This document shows positions 42,792 through 51,890 of a stretch of 64,000 bases of DNA, piece after piece; within the stretch, counting starts at the first letter, position 1; every line of letters starts with the position of its first letter. The notes below the pieces were generated by a model. The model did not search any database. It saw only the letters and a list, made by a program, of their open reading frames with translations, and was not told where the DNA came from. Made by a program: the position numbers and the translations under genes. This DNA comes from Escherichia coli (lineage in GTDB: Bacteria; Pseudomonadota; Gammaproteobacteria; Enterobacterales; Enterobacteriaceae): assembly GCF_044324875.1 (NCBI RefSeq), contig NZ_CP172185.1. The stretch is one strand, 5' to 3'.

Positions 42792-43610
42792 ATGCGATTA
42801 GCCAGTCGTTTTGGTTATGCGAACCAGATACGCCGTGACCGTCCGCTGACCCGTGAAGAGCTGATGCACCATGTGCCCGGGATTTTCGGGGAAGATAAAC
42901 ACACCTCCCGGAGCCGGAACTATACATACATCCCCACCATCACCGTGCTGGAAAGCCTGCAGCGGGAAGGCTTTCAGCCATTCTTCGCCTGCCAGACCCG
43001 CGTACGTGACCCGGGTCGCCGGGGGTATACCAAACACATGCTGCGTCTGCGCCGTGACGGGGAGATAAACGGACAACATGTCCCTGAAATTATTCTGCTC
43101 AACTCTCATGACGGTACCTCCAGCTACCAGATGCTGCCGGGTTACTTCAGGTTCGTCTGCCAGAACGGATGCGTCTGCGGTCAGTCTCGGGGGGAAGTGC
43201 GTGTTCCGCACCGGGGAAATGTGGTGGACAGAGTCATTGAAGGGGCTTACGAGGTGGTGGGCGTGTTTGACCGGATAGAGGAGAAGCGTGATGCCATGCA
43301 GTCGCTGGTCCTGCCGCCACCGGCACGCCAGGCGCTGGCACAGGCGGCACTGACTTACCGTTATGGTGACGAACATCAGCCCGTCACCACCGCCGACATT
43401 CTGACACCACGACGCCGGGAGGATTACGGTAAGGACCTGTGGAGTGCTTATCAGACCATCCAGGAGAATATGCTGAAAGGCGGGATTTCCGGTCGCAGTG
43501 CAAAAGGAAAACGTATCCATACCCGGGCCATTCACAGCATTGATACCGATATAAAACTCAACCGCGCATTGTGGGTGATGGCAGAAACGCTGCTGGAGAG
43601 CATGCGCTGA
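42792..43610 (+). CDS. DUF932-family protein (YfjQ/YafZ-like)
   Basis: 272 aa; conserved neighbour of the YeeP-like GTPase in CP4-57/CP4-6-type islands. Confidence 0.7.
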   Translation: MRLASRFGYANQIRRDRPLTREELMHHVPGIFGEDKHTSRSRNYTYIPTITVLESLQREGFQPFFACQTRVRDPGRRGYTKHMLRLRRDGEINGQHVPEIILLNSHDGTSSYQMLPGYFRFVCQNGCVCGQSRGEVRVPHRGNVVDRVIEGAYEVVGVFDRIEEKRDAMQSLVLPPPARQALAQAALTYRYGDEHQPVTTADILTPRRREDYGKDLWSAYQTIQENMLKGGISGRSAKGKRIHTRAIHSIDTDIKLNRALWVMAETLLESMR

Positions 43611-43691
43611 TGCCGTTTCCCTGAGTGAGGGAATCATTCAGCTTTCGTTCCTGAAAAACACACATTTATTTGTTATTTAAGGCGTTATCTC

Positions 43692-44171
43692 ATGAAAACC
43701 GTTTCTCAGAATACCCCCACAATTTATTCAGCTACAACACCAGAGAATAATCCGCCTCAGTTGGTTGCCAGCCTCGTCCCTGATGAACAGCGCATCAGCT
43801 TCTGGCCGCAGCATTTTGGCCTCATTCCACAGTGGGTGACCCTGGAGCCCCGTGTCTTCGGCTGGATGGACCGTCTGTGCGAAGACTACTGCGGTGGTAT
43901 CTGGAATCTGTACACCCTGAACAACGGCGGGGCATTTATGGCCCCCGAACCGGATGATGATGATGACGAAACATGGGTACTGTTCAATGCCATGAACGGT
44001 AACCGCGCTGAAATGAGCCCGGAAGCCGCCGGCATTGCCGCCTGTCTGATGACGTACAGTCATCACGCCTGCCGTACGGAGTGTTATGCCATGACGGTTC
44101 ATTATTACCGTCTGCGGGATTACGCCCTGCAGCATCCGGAATGCAGCGCCATTATGCGCATCATTGACTGA
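43692..44171 (+). CDS. Antirestriction protein (KlcA/ArdB-like; YfjX/YeeS-context family)
   Basis: 159 aa with an acidic stretch (PEPDDDDDETW) and the C-terminal ArdB-like block. Confidence 0.75.
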   Translation: MKTVSQNTPTIYSATTPENNPPQLVASLVPDEQRISFWPQHFGLIPQWVTLEPRVFGWMDRLCEDYCGGIWNLYTLNNGGAFMAPEPDDDDDETWVLFNAMNGNRAEMSPEAAGIAACLMTYSHHACRTECYAMTVHYYRLRDYALQHPECSAIMRIID

Positions 44172-44186
44172 AAGGGGGCCGGAACA

Positions 44187-44663
44187 ATGCAACAGATTTC
44201 CTTTCTGCCCGGAGAAATGACAACCAGAGAGCGCAGCCTCATTCAGCGGGCCCTGAAAGCCCTGGACCGCCATCTTCATGAACCCGGCGTGGCCTTCACC
44301 TCCACGCATGCGGCACGGGAATGGCTGATTCTGAACATGGCGGGACTGGAGCGTGAAGAATTCCGGGTGCTGTATCTGAATAACCAGAATCAGCTGATTG
44401 CCGGTGAAACCCTCTTCACCGGCACCATCAACCGCACGGAAGTCCATCCCCGGGAAGTGATTAAACGCGCCCTGTACCACAATGCCGCTGCCGTGGTGCT
44501 GGCGCACAATCACCCGTCCGGTGAAGTCACACCCAGCAAGGCAGACCGCCTTATCACGGAACGTCTGGTACAGGCGCTGGCCCTGGTGGATATCCGGGTG
44601 CCGGACCATCTGATAGTCGGTGGCAGCCAGGTTTTCTCCTTTGCCGAACATGGTCTGCTTTAA
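44187..44663 (+). CDS. RadC-like JAB/MPN-domain protein (YeeS/YkfG/YfjY family)
   Basis: 158 aa with the JAMM motif HNHPSG...S...D. Confidence 0.8.
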   Translation: MQQISFLPGEMTTRERSLIQRALKALDRHLHEPGVAFTSTHAAREWLILNMAGLEREEFRVLYLNNQNQLIAGETLFTGTINRTEVHPREVIKRALYHNAAAVVLAHNHPSGEVTPSKADRLITERLVQALALVDIRVPDHLIVGGSQVFSFAEHGLL

Positions 44664-44725
44664 CCCGTCACAACCACATCACACCTGTTTTCACTTTTAT
44701 CTTCTGTCTTCAGAGGTATCCCATT

Positions 44726-44947
44726 ATGAAAATCATCACCCGTGGTGAAGCCATGCGTATTCACCAACAGCATCCTGCATCCCGTCTTTTTCCGTTCTGT
44801 ACCGGCAAATACCGCTGGCACGGCAGCACTGAAACGTATACCGGTCGTGAAGTGCAGGATATTCCCGGTGTGCTGGCTGTGTTTGCAGAACGTCGTAAGG
44901 ACAGTTTTGGCCCGTATGTCCGGCTGATGAGCGTCACCCTGAACTGA
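44726..44947 (+). CDS. yeeT: DUF987 protein (YeeT/YkfH/YpjJ family)
   Basis: 73 aa MKIITRGEAMRIHQQHPASRLFPFCTGKYRWHGSTETYTG... Confidence 0.7.
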   Translation: MKIITRGEAMRIHQQHPASRLFPFCTGKYRWHGSTETYTGREVQDIPGVLAVFAERRKDSFGPYVRLMSVTLN

Positions 44948-44961
44948 GTCAGGGCATTCTG

Positions 44962-45582
44962 ATGAGCAGAATTATCACCATCACAGTGTATACGCTGGAT
45001 GAACTTTCCTGCCCGGCACGGGAAAAAGCCCGCGACGGGTACCGTCAGCATCATGCTGACAGCAACTGGTATGAAAACGTGTATGAGGACGTCAGGGAGG
45101 TCTGTGGCATTTTCGGAATTGACCTCTGCCAGCGTGTTATCCGTCTCAGCAACGGCAGGTTTATGGAAGAGCCGTGCATCTGGTTCAGCGGATTCTGCAG
45201 CCAGGGACGGAGCCTGTTTTGAAGGACGCTGGCACTGGCAGTCAGCAACAACCAGGAGAGTCCGGGAGTATGCCCCGCAGAACCGTGAGCTTCATCGTAT
45301 CGCGGATGCCCTGCAGGCGGTGCAGAAACGTAACTTCTGGCAACTGCAGGCTGAAATCCACCACCGGGGACGTTACTGCCATCCGTTATCACTGTTACCC
45401 GGAACAGTCCGACTGGTCAGGCTATGACAGCCGATGCGGAAGCCGCTGTCAGCGAAGCCCTGCGCGACCTGGCCTTCTGGCTGTACCGTCAACTGGAAAA
45501 CGAGTACGACCAGATGACCTCAGACGCCGCTGTGGATGAGGCCATTCTCATCAATGCATACATCTTCACCGAAACCGGTCAG
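44962..45582 (+). pseudogene. Unknown-function gene broken into three frames, inserted between yeeT and yeeU homologs
   Basis: Frame 1 MSRIITITVYTLDELSCPAREKARDGYRQHHADSNWYENVYEDVREVCGIF..., frame 2 ...EGRWHWQSATTRRVREYAPQNRELHRIADALQAVQKRNFWQLQAEIHHRGRYCHP..., frame 3 MTADAEAAVSEALRDLAFWLYRQLENEYDQMTSDAAVDEAILINAYIFTETGQRTG. They appear to be one about 200-aa reading frame with two frameshifts. Confidence 0.4.
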
Positions 45583-45643
45583 CGCACCGGCTGACCTGTC
45601 ATCGTTAAACCATTCTTAACCACTTTTCAGAGAGGATTTTATC

Positions 45644-46012
45644 GTGTCAGACACACTCTCCGGGATAACTCATCCCGACGACAATCACGACCGCCCCTGG
45701 TGGGGGCTTCCCTGCACAGTGAGGCCCTGTTTTGGCGCCCGTCTGGTGCAGGAGGGTAACCGCCTGCATTACCTTGCCGACCGCGCCGGCATCAGAGGCC
45801 GGTTCAGCGATGCGGATGCATACCATCTGGACCAGGCCTTTCCGCTGCTGATGAAACAACTGGAACTCATGCTCACCAGCGGTGAACTGAATCCCCGCCA
45901 TCAGCATACCGTGACACTGTATGCGAAGGGGCTGACCTGCGAAGCCGACACCCTCGGCAGTTGTGGTTACGTTTATCTGGCTGTTTATCCGACGCCCGAA
46001 ACGAAAAAGTAA
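45644..46012 (+). CDS. cbeA: CbeA/YeeU-family antitoxin (type IV TA, cytoskeleton-bundling)
   Basis: 122 aa MSDTLSGITHPDDNHDRPWWGLPCTV...; near-identical to K-12 YeeU. Confidence 0.85.
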   Translation: MSDTLSGITHPDDNHDRPWWGLPCTVRPCFGARLVQEGNRLHYLADRAGIRGRFSDADAYHLDQAFPLLMKQLELMLTSGELNPRHQHTVTLYAKGLTCEADTLGSCGYVYLAVYPTPETKK

Positions 46013-46102
46013 ACCACCGGAATAACCTTCTGCTCCGGCCAGGTGTTTTCACCACGCCACTCTCCCCATAATTTAATCTCTCATATCAGGAAAATCTTCA
46101 GT

Positions 46103-46513
46103 ATGAAATTATTACCCGACACACATGTACGGGAGGCATCGTGCTGCCCGTCTCCCGTCACCATCTGGCAGACACTGCTCATCCGTCTGCTGGACCAGCA
46201 CTATGGCCTCACACTGAATGACACACCGTTCGCTGATGAACGTGTGATTGAGCAGCATATTGAGGCCGGCATTTCACTGTGCGATGCGGTGAACTTTCTC
46301 GTTGAAAAATACGCACTGGTACGTACCGACCAGCCGGGATTCAGCGCAGGAGCCCCGTCGCAGTTAATCAACAGCATCGATATTCTCCGGGCCCGCCGGG
46401 CAACAGGCCTGATGACACGTAATAACTACAGAATGGTAAATAACATTACCCTGGGTAGCATCCGGGGGCGAAACGATGAAACTTTCCCTGACGCTGGAAG
46501 CCGACAGCATTAA
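46103..46513 (+). CDS. cbtA: CbtA/YeeV-family toxin (FtsZ/MreB inhibitor)
   Basis: MKLLPDTHV...[49 protein letters not shown]... matches CbtA. C-terminal tail is longer than K-12 YeeV. ATG 46103 with AGGA upstream. Confidence 0.8.
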   Translation: MKLLPDTHVREASCCPSPVTIWQTLLIRLLDQHYGLTLNDTPFADERVIEQHIEAGISLCDAVNFLVEKYALVRTDQPGFSAGAPSQLINSIDILRARRATGLMTRNNYRMVNNITLGSIRGRNDETFPDAGSRQH

Positions 46514-46898
46514 CGTGCAGGCACTGAACATGGGGCGCATTGTCGTTGACATTGATGGTGTAAATCTCGCTGAACTGATTAACAAGGTCGCTGAATACGG
46601 TTATTCACTCCGCGTGGTGGATGAACGTGACGCTACCGAAACACCGGCGACTTCTGCCAGCTCTCATCAGTTGCCGGAAGACAATACAGTGATACAGAGC
46701 GTGATGCCATTAACCACTGAAACAGCGCTGGATATCCTCATTGCGTGGCTGCAGGACAATATCGACTGCGGGTCCGGAATTATTTTCGACAACGATGAGG
46801 ATAAAACGGATTCGGCAGCACTGCTGCCCTGTATTGAACAGGCCAGGGAGGATATCCGTACCCTGCACCAACTGCAACTTCTGCACCAGAACCGGTGA
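46476..46898 (+). CDS. YeeW-like protein
   Basis: 140 aa; overlaps the end of the cbtA homolog as yeeV-yeeW do in K-12. Confidence 0.5.
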   Translation: MKLSLTLEADSINVQALNMGRIVVDIDGVNLAELINKVAEYGYSLRVVDERDATETPATSASSHQLPEDNTVIQSVMPLTTETALDILIAWLQDNIDCGSGIIFDNDEDKTDSAALLPCIEQAREDIRTLHQLQLLHQNR

Positions 46899-46982
46899 AT
46901 CTCACTCACCAGACTTCATTCTCCTGACGCCAGCCTGAACAGAGCTGGCGTTTTCGTTTATAAACAGAAAGGAAACCCCATA

Positions 46983-47768
46983 ATGTCATATATCACAATC
47001 CCCCACCCGAACGCGGTCAACGGACATACAGCCGTTATCTGTTCCACAAGTATCAGACACATCCTGGCTGTACGAAAGAGTACACTGCTGCAAATCGACA
47101 CGCTTATCCGGCAACTGACAGAAATCTCAGCACTGACGGAAAGTATTGGCGGTAAAGCCGCCCCGGACTGGGCCATGAAACAGGATTTTCGCTGTGGCTG
47201 CTGGCTGAAGGAGAAACAGGAAACCGCAATGAAAGCCATTACCCGGAATCTTGACCGCGAAATCTGGCGTAACCTGATGCAGCGTTCCGGGATGCTTTCC
47301 TTAATGGATGCACAGGCACGTGATACATGGTACAGGTCACTGGAATATGATAATTTTCCGGAAATCAGTGAAGCGAACATTCTGAGCACATTTGAACAAC
47401 TGCACCAGAATAAGGATGAAGTGTTTGAGCGGGGGGTGATCAACCTCTTCAAAGGGCTGAGCTGGGATTACAAAACCAACTCACCCTGTAAATTTGGCAG
47501 TAAAATTATCGTCAACAATCTGGTGAGGTGGGACCAGTGGGGATTTCATCTTATCAGTGGAATGCAGGCAGATCGCCTGGCTGACCTGGAAAGAATGTTG
47601 CATCTGCTCAGCGGTAAACCGATCCCCGACAACCGGGGAATATCACCATTAATCTGGATGACCACATACAGTCCGTTCAGGGTAAAGGACGCTATGAAGA
47701 TGAGATGTTCATCATTAAATACTTTAAGAAGGGAGCTGCACACATCACTTTCAAAAGGCTGGAGCTGA
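46983..47768 (+). CDS. DUF4942-family protein (terminal gene of CP4-type islands)
   Basis: 261-aa intact ORF; a fragment paralog is at 8503..8658. Confidence 0.6.
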   Translation: MSYITIPHPNAVNGHTAVICSTSIRHILAVRKSTLLQIDTLIRQLTEISALTESIGGKAAPDWAMKQDFRCGCWLKEKQETAMKAITRNLDREIWRNLMQRSGMLSLMDAQARDTWYRSLEYDNFPEISEANILSTFEQLHQNKDEVFERGVINLFKGLSWDYKTNSPCKFGSKIIVNNLVRWDQWGFHLISGMQADRLADLERMLHLLSGKPIPDNRGISPLIWMTTYSPFRVKDAMKMRCSSLNTLRRELHTSLSKGWS

Positions 47769-47924
47769 TTGACAGAATTAACGATATAATAGCCAGGCAC
47801 TTTCCTTCTGTGCTCTCAGCCTGACCCCGAGTTTGATTCCCTTTCGATATCAAAAGGGACTGCGGGTACAAAAGAGGGTACATCTTTCACCAAACCAAAC
47901 AAAATAAACCAATATCAACACGAT

Positions 47925-47946
47925 AGAAGCATTCTTCGATTCCGAG
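47925..47946 (+). repeat. 22-bp imperfect copy of the tRNA-Phe 3' end (island attachment-site direct repeat)
   Basis: ttcgattccgagtccggcacca vs tRNA-Phe 3' end GGTTCGATTCCGAGTCCGGGCACCA (one G missing). The 5' part of the tRNA is absent. Confidence 0.6.
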
Positions 47947-47956
47947 TCCGGCACCA

Positions 47957-47990
47957 AATTCATATAAACGGACCTCCACGGAGGTCCGTT
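47957..47990 (+). terminator. Rho-independent terminator (aaacggacctcc-acg-gaggtccgttt + TTCGTTT)
   Basis: 12-bp perfect stem. It is in the position of the pheU terminator, upstream of cadC. Confidence 0.6.
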
Positions 47991-48572
47991 TTTCGTTTCA
48001 GGACGCCACAATTTAAGCGTTCTGCCTAAAAATCATTTCTACCGAACTCAACCAGATTCTCCCCACATCACCAGCAATTTGCGGGCATATCCCAATTCGG
48101 GGAAATGTGTTCCTGAGCTATAGCACTGACTGACGTGAAATGTCGTGCGGCCCCGTGATGCTGTTGAACGTCAAATGACGTCATCAGGAGCGTAACGCAT
48201 CCATAAAGCACAACATCGGGCAGAACGCCGACTGATGAGATTTTCTGAATGAGAACAAAGAGAAATGTATCAGTCCGCTTGCTCATGCAAAGACTAACAA
48301 TCCATAAAAATAGTAAGCGCTCCGGGCAATTTTCCATGGATTATTTTCTGAACATTTTTCTTTGGCAAAGATGATGAATTTTGATGGTAAGGAATATTAC
48401 TTCTGGTTCTCAGTAAAATCCTTTCGTAATACTATGTGATCAAGAAGTTTATGGCTGGTAAAAATAACGTCTTGCATTCACCAATAATATGTAAATAAAC
48501 CCATCTATAGATGGTAAAAATAGGTTGTGGCAATTATCATTGCATCATTCCCTTTTCGAATGAGTTTCTATT

Positions 48573-50111
48573 ATGCAACAACCTGTAGTTCGCGTTGGCG
48601 AATGGCTTGTTACTCCGTCCATAAACCAAATTAGCCGCAATGGGCGTCAACTTACCCTTGAGCCGAGATTAATCGATCTTCTGGTTTTCTTTGCTCAACA
48701 CAGTGGCGAAGTACTTAGCAGGGATGAACTTATCGATAATGTCTGGAAGAGAAGTATTGTCACCAATCACGTTGTGACGCAGAGTATCTCAGAACTACGT
48801 AAGTCATTAAAAGATAATGATGAAGATAGTCCTGTCTATATCGCTACTGTACCAAAGCGCGGCTATAAATTAATGGTGCCGGTTATCTGGTACAGCGAAG
48901 AAGAGGGAGAGGAAATAATGCTATCTTCGCCTCCCCCTATACCAGAGGCGGTTCCTGACACAGATTCTCCCTCCCACAGTCTTAACATTCAAAACACCGC
49001 AACACCACCTGAACAATCCCCTGTTAAAAGCAAACGATTCACTACCTTTTGGGTATGGTTTTTTTTCCTGTTGTCGTTAGGTATCTGTGTAGCACTGGTA
49101 GCGTTTTCAAGTCTTGATACACGTCTTCCGATGAGCAAATCGCGTATTTTGCTCAATCCACGCGATATTGACATTAATATGGTAAATAAAAGTTGTAACA
49201 GCTGGAGTTCCCCGTATCAGCTCTCTTACGCGATAGGCGTGGGTGATTTGGTGGCGACATCACTTAACACCTTCTCCACCTTTATGGTGCATGACAAAAT
49301 CAACTACAACATTGATGAACCGAGCAGTTCCGGTAAAACATTATCTATTGCGTTTGTTAATCAGCGCCAATACCGTGCTCAACAATGCTTTATGTCGGTA
49401 AAATTGGTAGACAATGCAGATGGTTCAACCATGCTGGATAAACGTTATGTCATCACTAACGGTAATCAGCTGGCGATTCAAAATGATTTACTCCAGAGTT
49501 TATCAAAAGCGTTAAACCAACCGTGGCCACAACGAATGCAGGAGATGCTCCAGCAAATTTTGCCTCATCGTGGTGCGTTATTAACTAATTTTTATCAGGC
49601 TCATGATTATTTACTGCATGGCGATGATAAATCATTGAACCGTGCCAGTGAATTACTAGGTGAGATTGTTCAATCATCCCCCGAATTTACCTACGCGAGA
49701 GCAGAAAAAGCATTAGTTGATATCGTGCGCCATTCTCAACATCCTTTGGATGAAAAACAATTAGCAGCACTGAACACAGAAATAAATAACATTGTTACAC
49801 TACCGGAATTGAATAACCTGTCCATTATATATCAAATAAAAGCGGTCAGTGCTCTGGTAAAAGGTAAAACAGATGAGTCTTACCAGGCGATAAATACTGG
49901 CATTGATCTTGAAATGTCCTGGCTAAATTATGTGTTGCTTGGCAAGGTTTATGAAATGAAGGGGATGAACCGGGAAGCAGCTGATGCATATCTCACCGCC
50001 TTTAATTTACGCCCAGGGGCAAACACCCTTTACTGGATTGAAAATGGTATATTCCAGACTTCTGTTCCTTATGTTGTACCTTATCTCGACAAATTTCTCG
50101 CTTCAGAATAA
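48573..50111 (+). CDS. cadC: ToxR-like membrane-bound transcriptional activator of cadBA
   Basis: 512 aa; N-terminal winged-helix (OmpR-type) domain, one TM segment, periplasmic sensor domain. Matches E. coli CadC. Confidence 0.95.
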   Translation: MQQPVVRVGEWLVTPSINQISRNGRQLTLEPRLIDLLVFFAQHSGEVLSRDELIDNVWKRSIVTNHVVTQSISELRKSLKDNDEDSPVYIATVPKRGYKLMVPVIWYSEEEGEEIMLSSPPPIPEAVPDTDSPSHSLNIQNTATPPEQSPVKSKRFTTFWVWFFFLLSLGICVALVAFSSLDTRLPMSKSRILLNPRDIDINMVNKSCNSWSSPYQLSYAIGVGDLVATSLNTFSTFMVHDKINYNIDEPSSSGKTLSIAFVNQRQYRAQQCFMSVKLVDNADGSTMLDKRYVITNGNQLAIQNDLLQSLSKALNQPWPQRMQEMLQQILPHRGALLTNFYQAHDYLLHGDDKSLNRASELLGEIVQSSPEFTYARAEKALVDIVRHSQHPLDEKQLAALNTEINNIVTLPELNNLSIIYQIKAVSALVKGKTDESYQAINTGIDLEMSWLNYVLLGKVYEMKGMNREAADAYLTAFNLRPGANTLYWIENGIFQTSVPYVVPYLDKFLASE

Positions 50112-50476
50112 GTAACTCCCGGGTTGATTTATGCTCGGGAATATTTGTTGTTGAGTTTTTGTATGTTCCTGTTGGTATAATATGTTGCGGCAATTTATTT
50201 GCCGCATAATTTTTATCACATAAATTTAACCAGGAAATATCCCGCAATCCATTGTAAACATTGAATGTTTATCTTTTCATGATATCAACTTGCGATCCTG
50301 ATGTGTTAATAAAAAACCTCAAGTTCTCACTTACAGAAACTTTTGTGTTATTTCACCTAATCTTTAGGATTAATCCTTTTTTCGTGAGTATTCTTAGCGC
50401 CAGTTTGGTCTGGTCAGGAAATAGTTATACATCATGACCCGGACTCCAAATTCAAAAATGAAATTAGGAGAAGAGC
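50112..50476 (+). promoter_or_regulatory. Pcad promoter / CadC-binding region
   Basis: AT-rich 365-bp cadC-cadB intergenic region; CadC (Cad1/Cad2) and H-NS sites are established for E. coli. Confidence 0.5.
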
Positions 50477-51811
50477 ATGAGTTCTGCCAAGAAGATCGGG
50501 CTATTTGCCTGTACCGGTGTTGTTGCCGGTAATATGATGGGGAGCGGTATTGCATTATTACCTGCGAACCTAGCAAGTATCGGTGGTATTGCTATCTGGG
50601 GTTGGATTATCTCTATTATTGGTGCAATGTCGCTGGCGTATGTATATGCCCGACTGGCAACAAAAAACCCGCAACAAGGTGGCCCAATTGCTTATGCCGG
50701 AGAAATTTCCCCTGCATTTGGTTTTCAGACAGGTGTTCTTTATTACCATGCTAACTGGATTGGTAACCTGGCGATTGGTATTACCGCTGTATCTTATCTT
50801 TCCACCTTCTTCCCAGTATTAAATGATCCTGTTCCGGCGGGTATCGCCTGTATTGCTATCGTCTGGGTATTTACCTTTGTAAATATGCTCGGCGGTACCT
50901 GGGTAAGCCGTTTAACCACTATTGGTCTGGTGCTGGTTCTTATTCCTGTGGTAATGACTGCTATTGTTGGCTGGCATTGGTTTGATGCTGCGACTTATGC
51001 TGCTAACTGGAATACTGCGGATACCACCGATGGTCATGCGATCATTAAAAGTATTCTGCTCTGCCTGTGGGCCTTCGTGGGTGTTGAATCCGCAGCTGTA
51101 AGTACTGGTATGGTTAAAAACCCGAAACGTACCGTTCCGCTGGCAACCATGCTGGGTACTGGTTTAGCAGGTATTGTTTATATCGCTGCGACTCAGGTGC
51201 TTTCCGGTATGTATCCGTCTTCTGTAATGGCAGCTTCCGGTGCTCCGTTTGCAATCAGTGCTTCAACTATCCTCGGTAATTGGGCTGCGCCGCTGGTTTC
51301 TGCATTCACCGCCTTTGCGTGCCTGACCTCTCTGGGCTCCTGGATGATGTTGGTAGGCCAGGCAGGTGTACGTGCCGCTAACGACGGTAACTTCCCGAAA
51401 GTTTATGGTGAAGTCGACAGCAACGGTATTCCGAAAAAAGGTCTGCTGCTGGCTGCAGTGAAAATGACTGCCCTGATGATCCTCATCACTCTGATGAACT
51501 CTGCCGGTGGTAAAGCATCTGACCTGTTCGGTGAACTGACCGGTATCGCAGTACTGCTGACTATGCTGCCGTACTTCTACTCTTGCGTTGACCTGATTCG
51601 TTTTGAAGGCGTTAACATCCGCAACTTTGTCAGCCTGATCTGCTCTGTACTGGGTTGCGTGTTCTGCTTCATCGCGCTGATGGGCGCAAGCTCCTTCGAG
51701 CTGGCAGGTACCTTCATCGTCAGCCTGATTATCCTGATGTTCTACGCTCGCAAAATGCACGAGCGCCAGAGCCACTCAATGGATAACCACACAGCGTCTA
51801 ACGCACATTAA
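50477..51811 (+). CDS. cadB: Lysine:cadaverine antiporter
   Basis: 444 aa APC-family transporter matching E. coli CadB. Confidence 0.95.
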   Translation: MSSAKKIGLFACTGVVAGNMMGSGIALLPANLASIGGIAIWGWIISIIGAMSLAYVYARLATKNPQQGGPIAYAGEISPAFGFQTGVLYYHANWIGNLAIGITAVSYLSTFFPVLNDPVPAGIACIAIVWVFTFVNMLGGTWVSRLTTIGLVLVLIPVVMTAIVGWHWFDAATYAANWNTADTTDGHAIIKSILLCLWAFVGVESAAVSTGMVKNPKRTVPLATMLGTGLAGIVYIAATQVLSGMYPSSVMAASGAPFAISASTILGNWAAPLVSAFTAFACLTSLGSWMMLVGQAGVRAANDGNFPKVYGEVDSNGIPKKGLLLAAVKMTALMILITLMNSAGGKASDLFGELTGIAVLLTMLPYFYSCVDLIRFEGVNIRNFVSLICSVLGCVFCFIALMGASSFELAGTFIVSLIILMFYARKMHERQSHSMDNHTASNAH

Positions 51812-51890
51812 TTAAAAGTATTTTCCGAGGCTCCTCCTTTCATTTTGTCCCATGTGTTGGGAGGGGCCTTTTTTACCTGGAGATATGACT

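Noticed and set aside
51852-51890. Upstream extension of cadA (MCWEGPFLPGDMT...) from the ORF track
   Set aside because: Authentic CadA starts MNVIAILNHMGVYF at 51891. The extension is an in-frame continuation of the cadB-cadA spacer without a better RBS.
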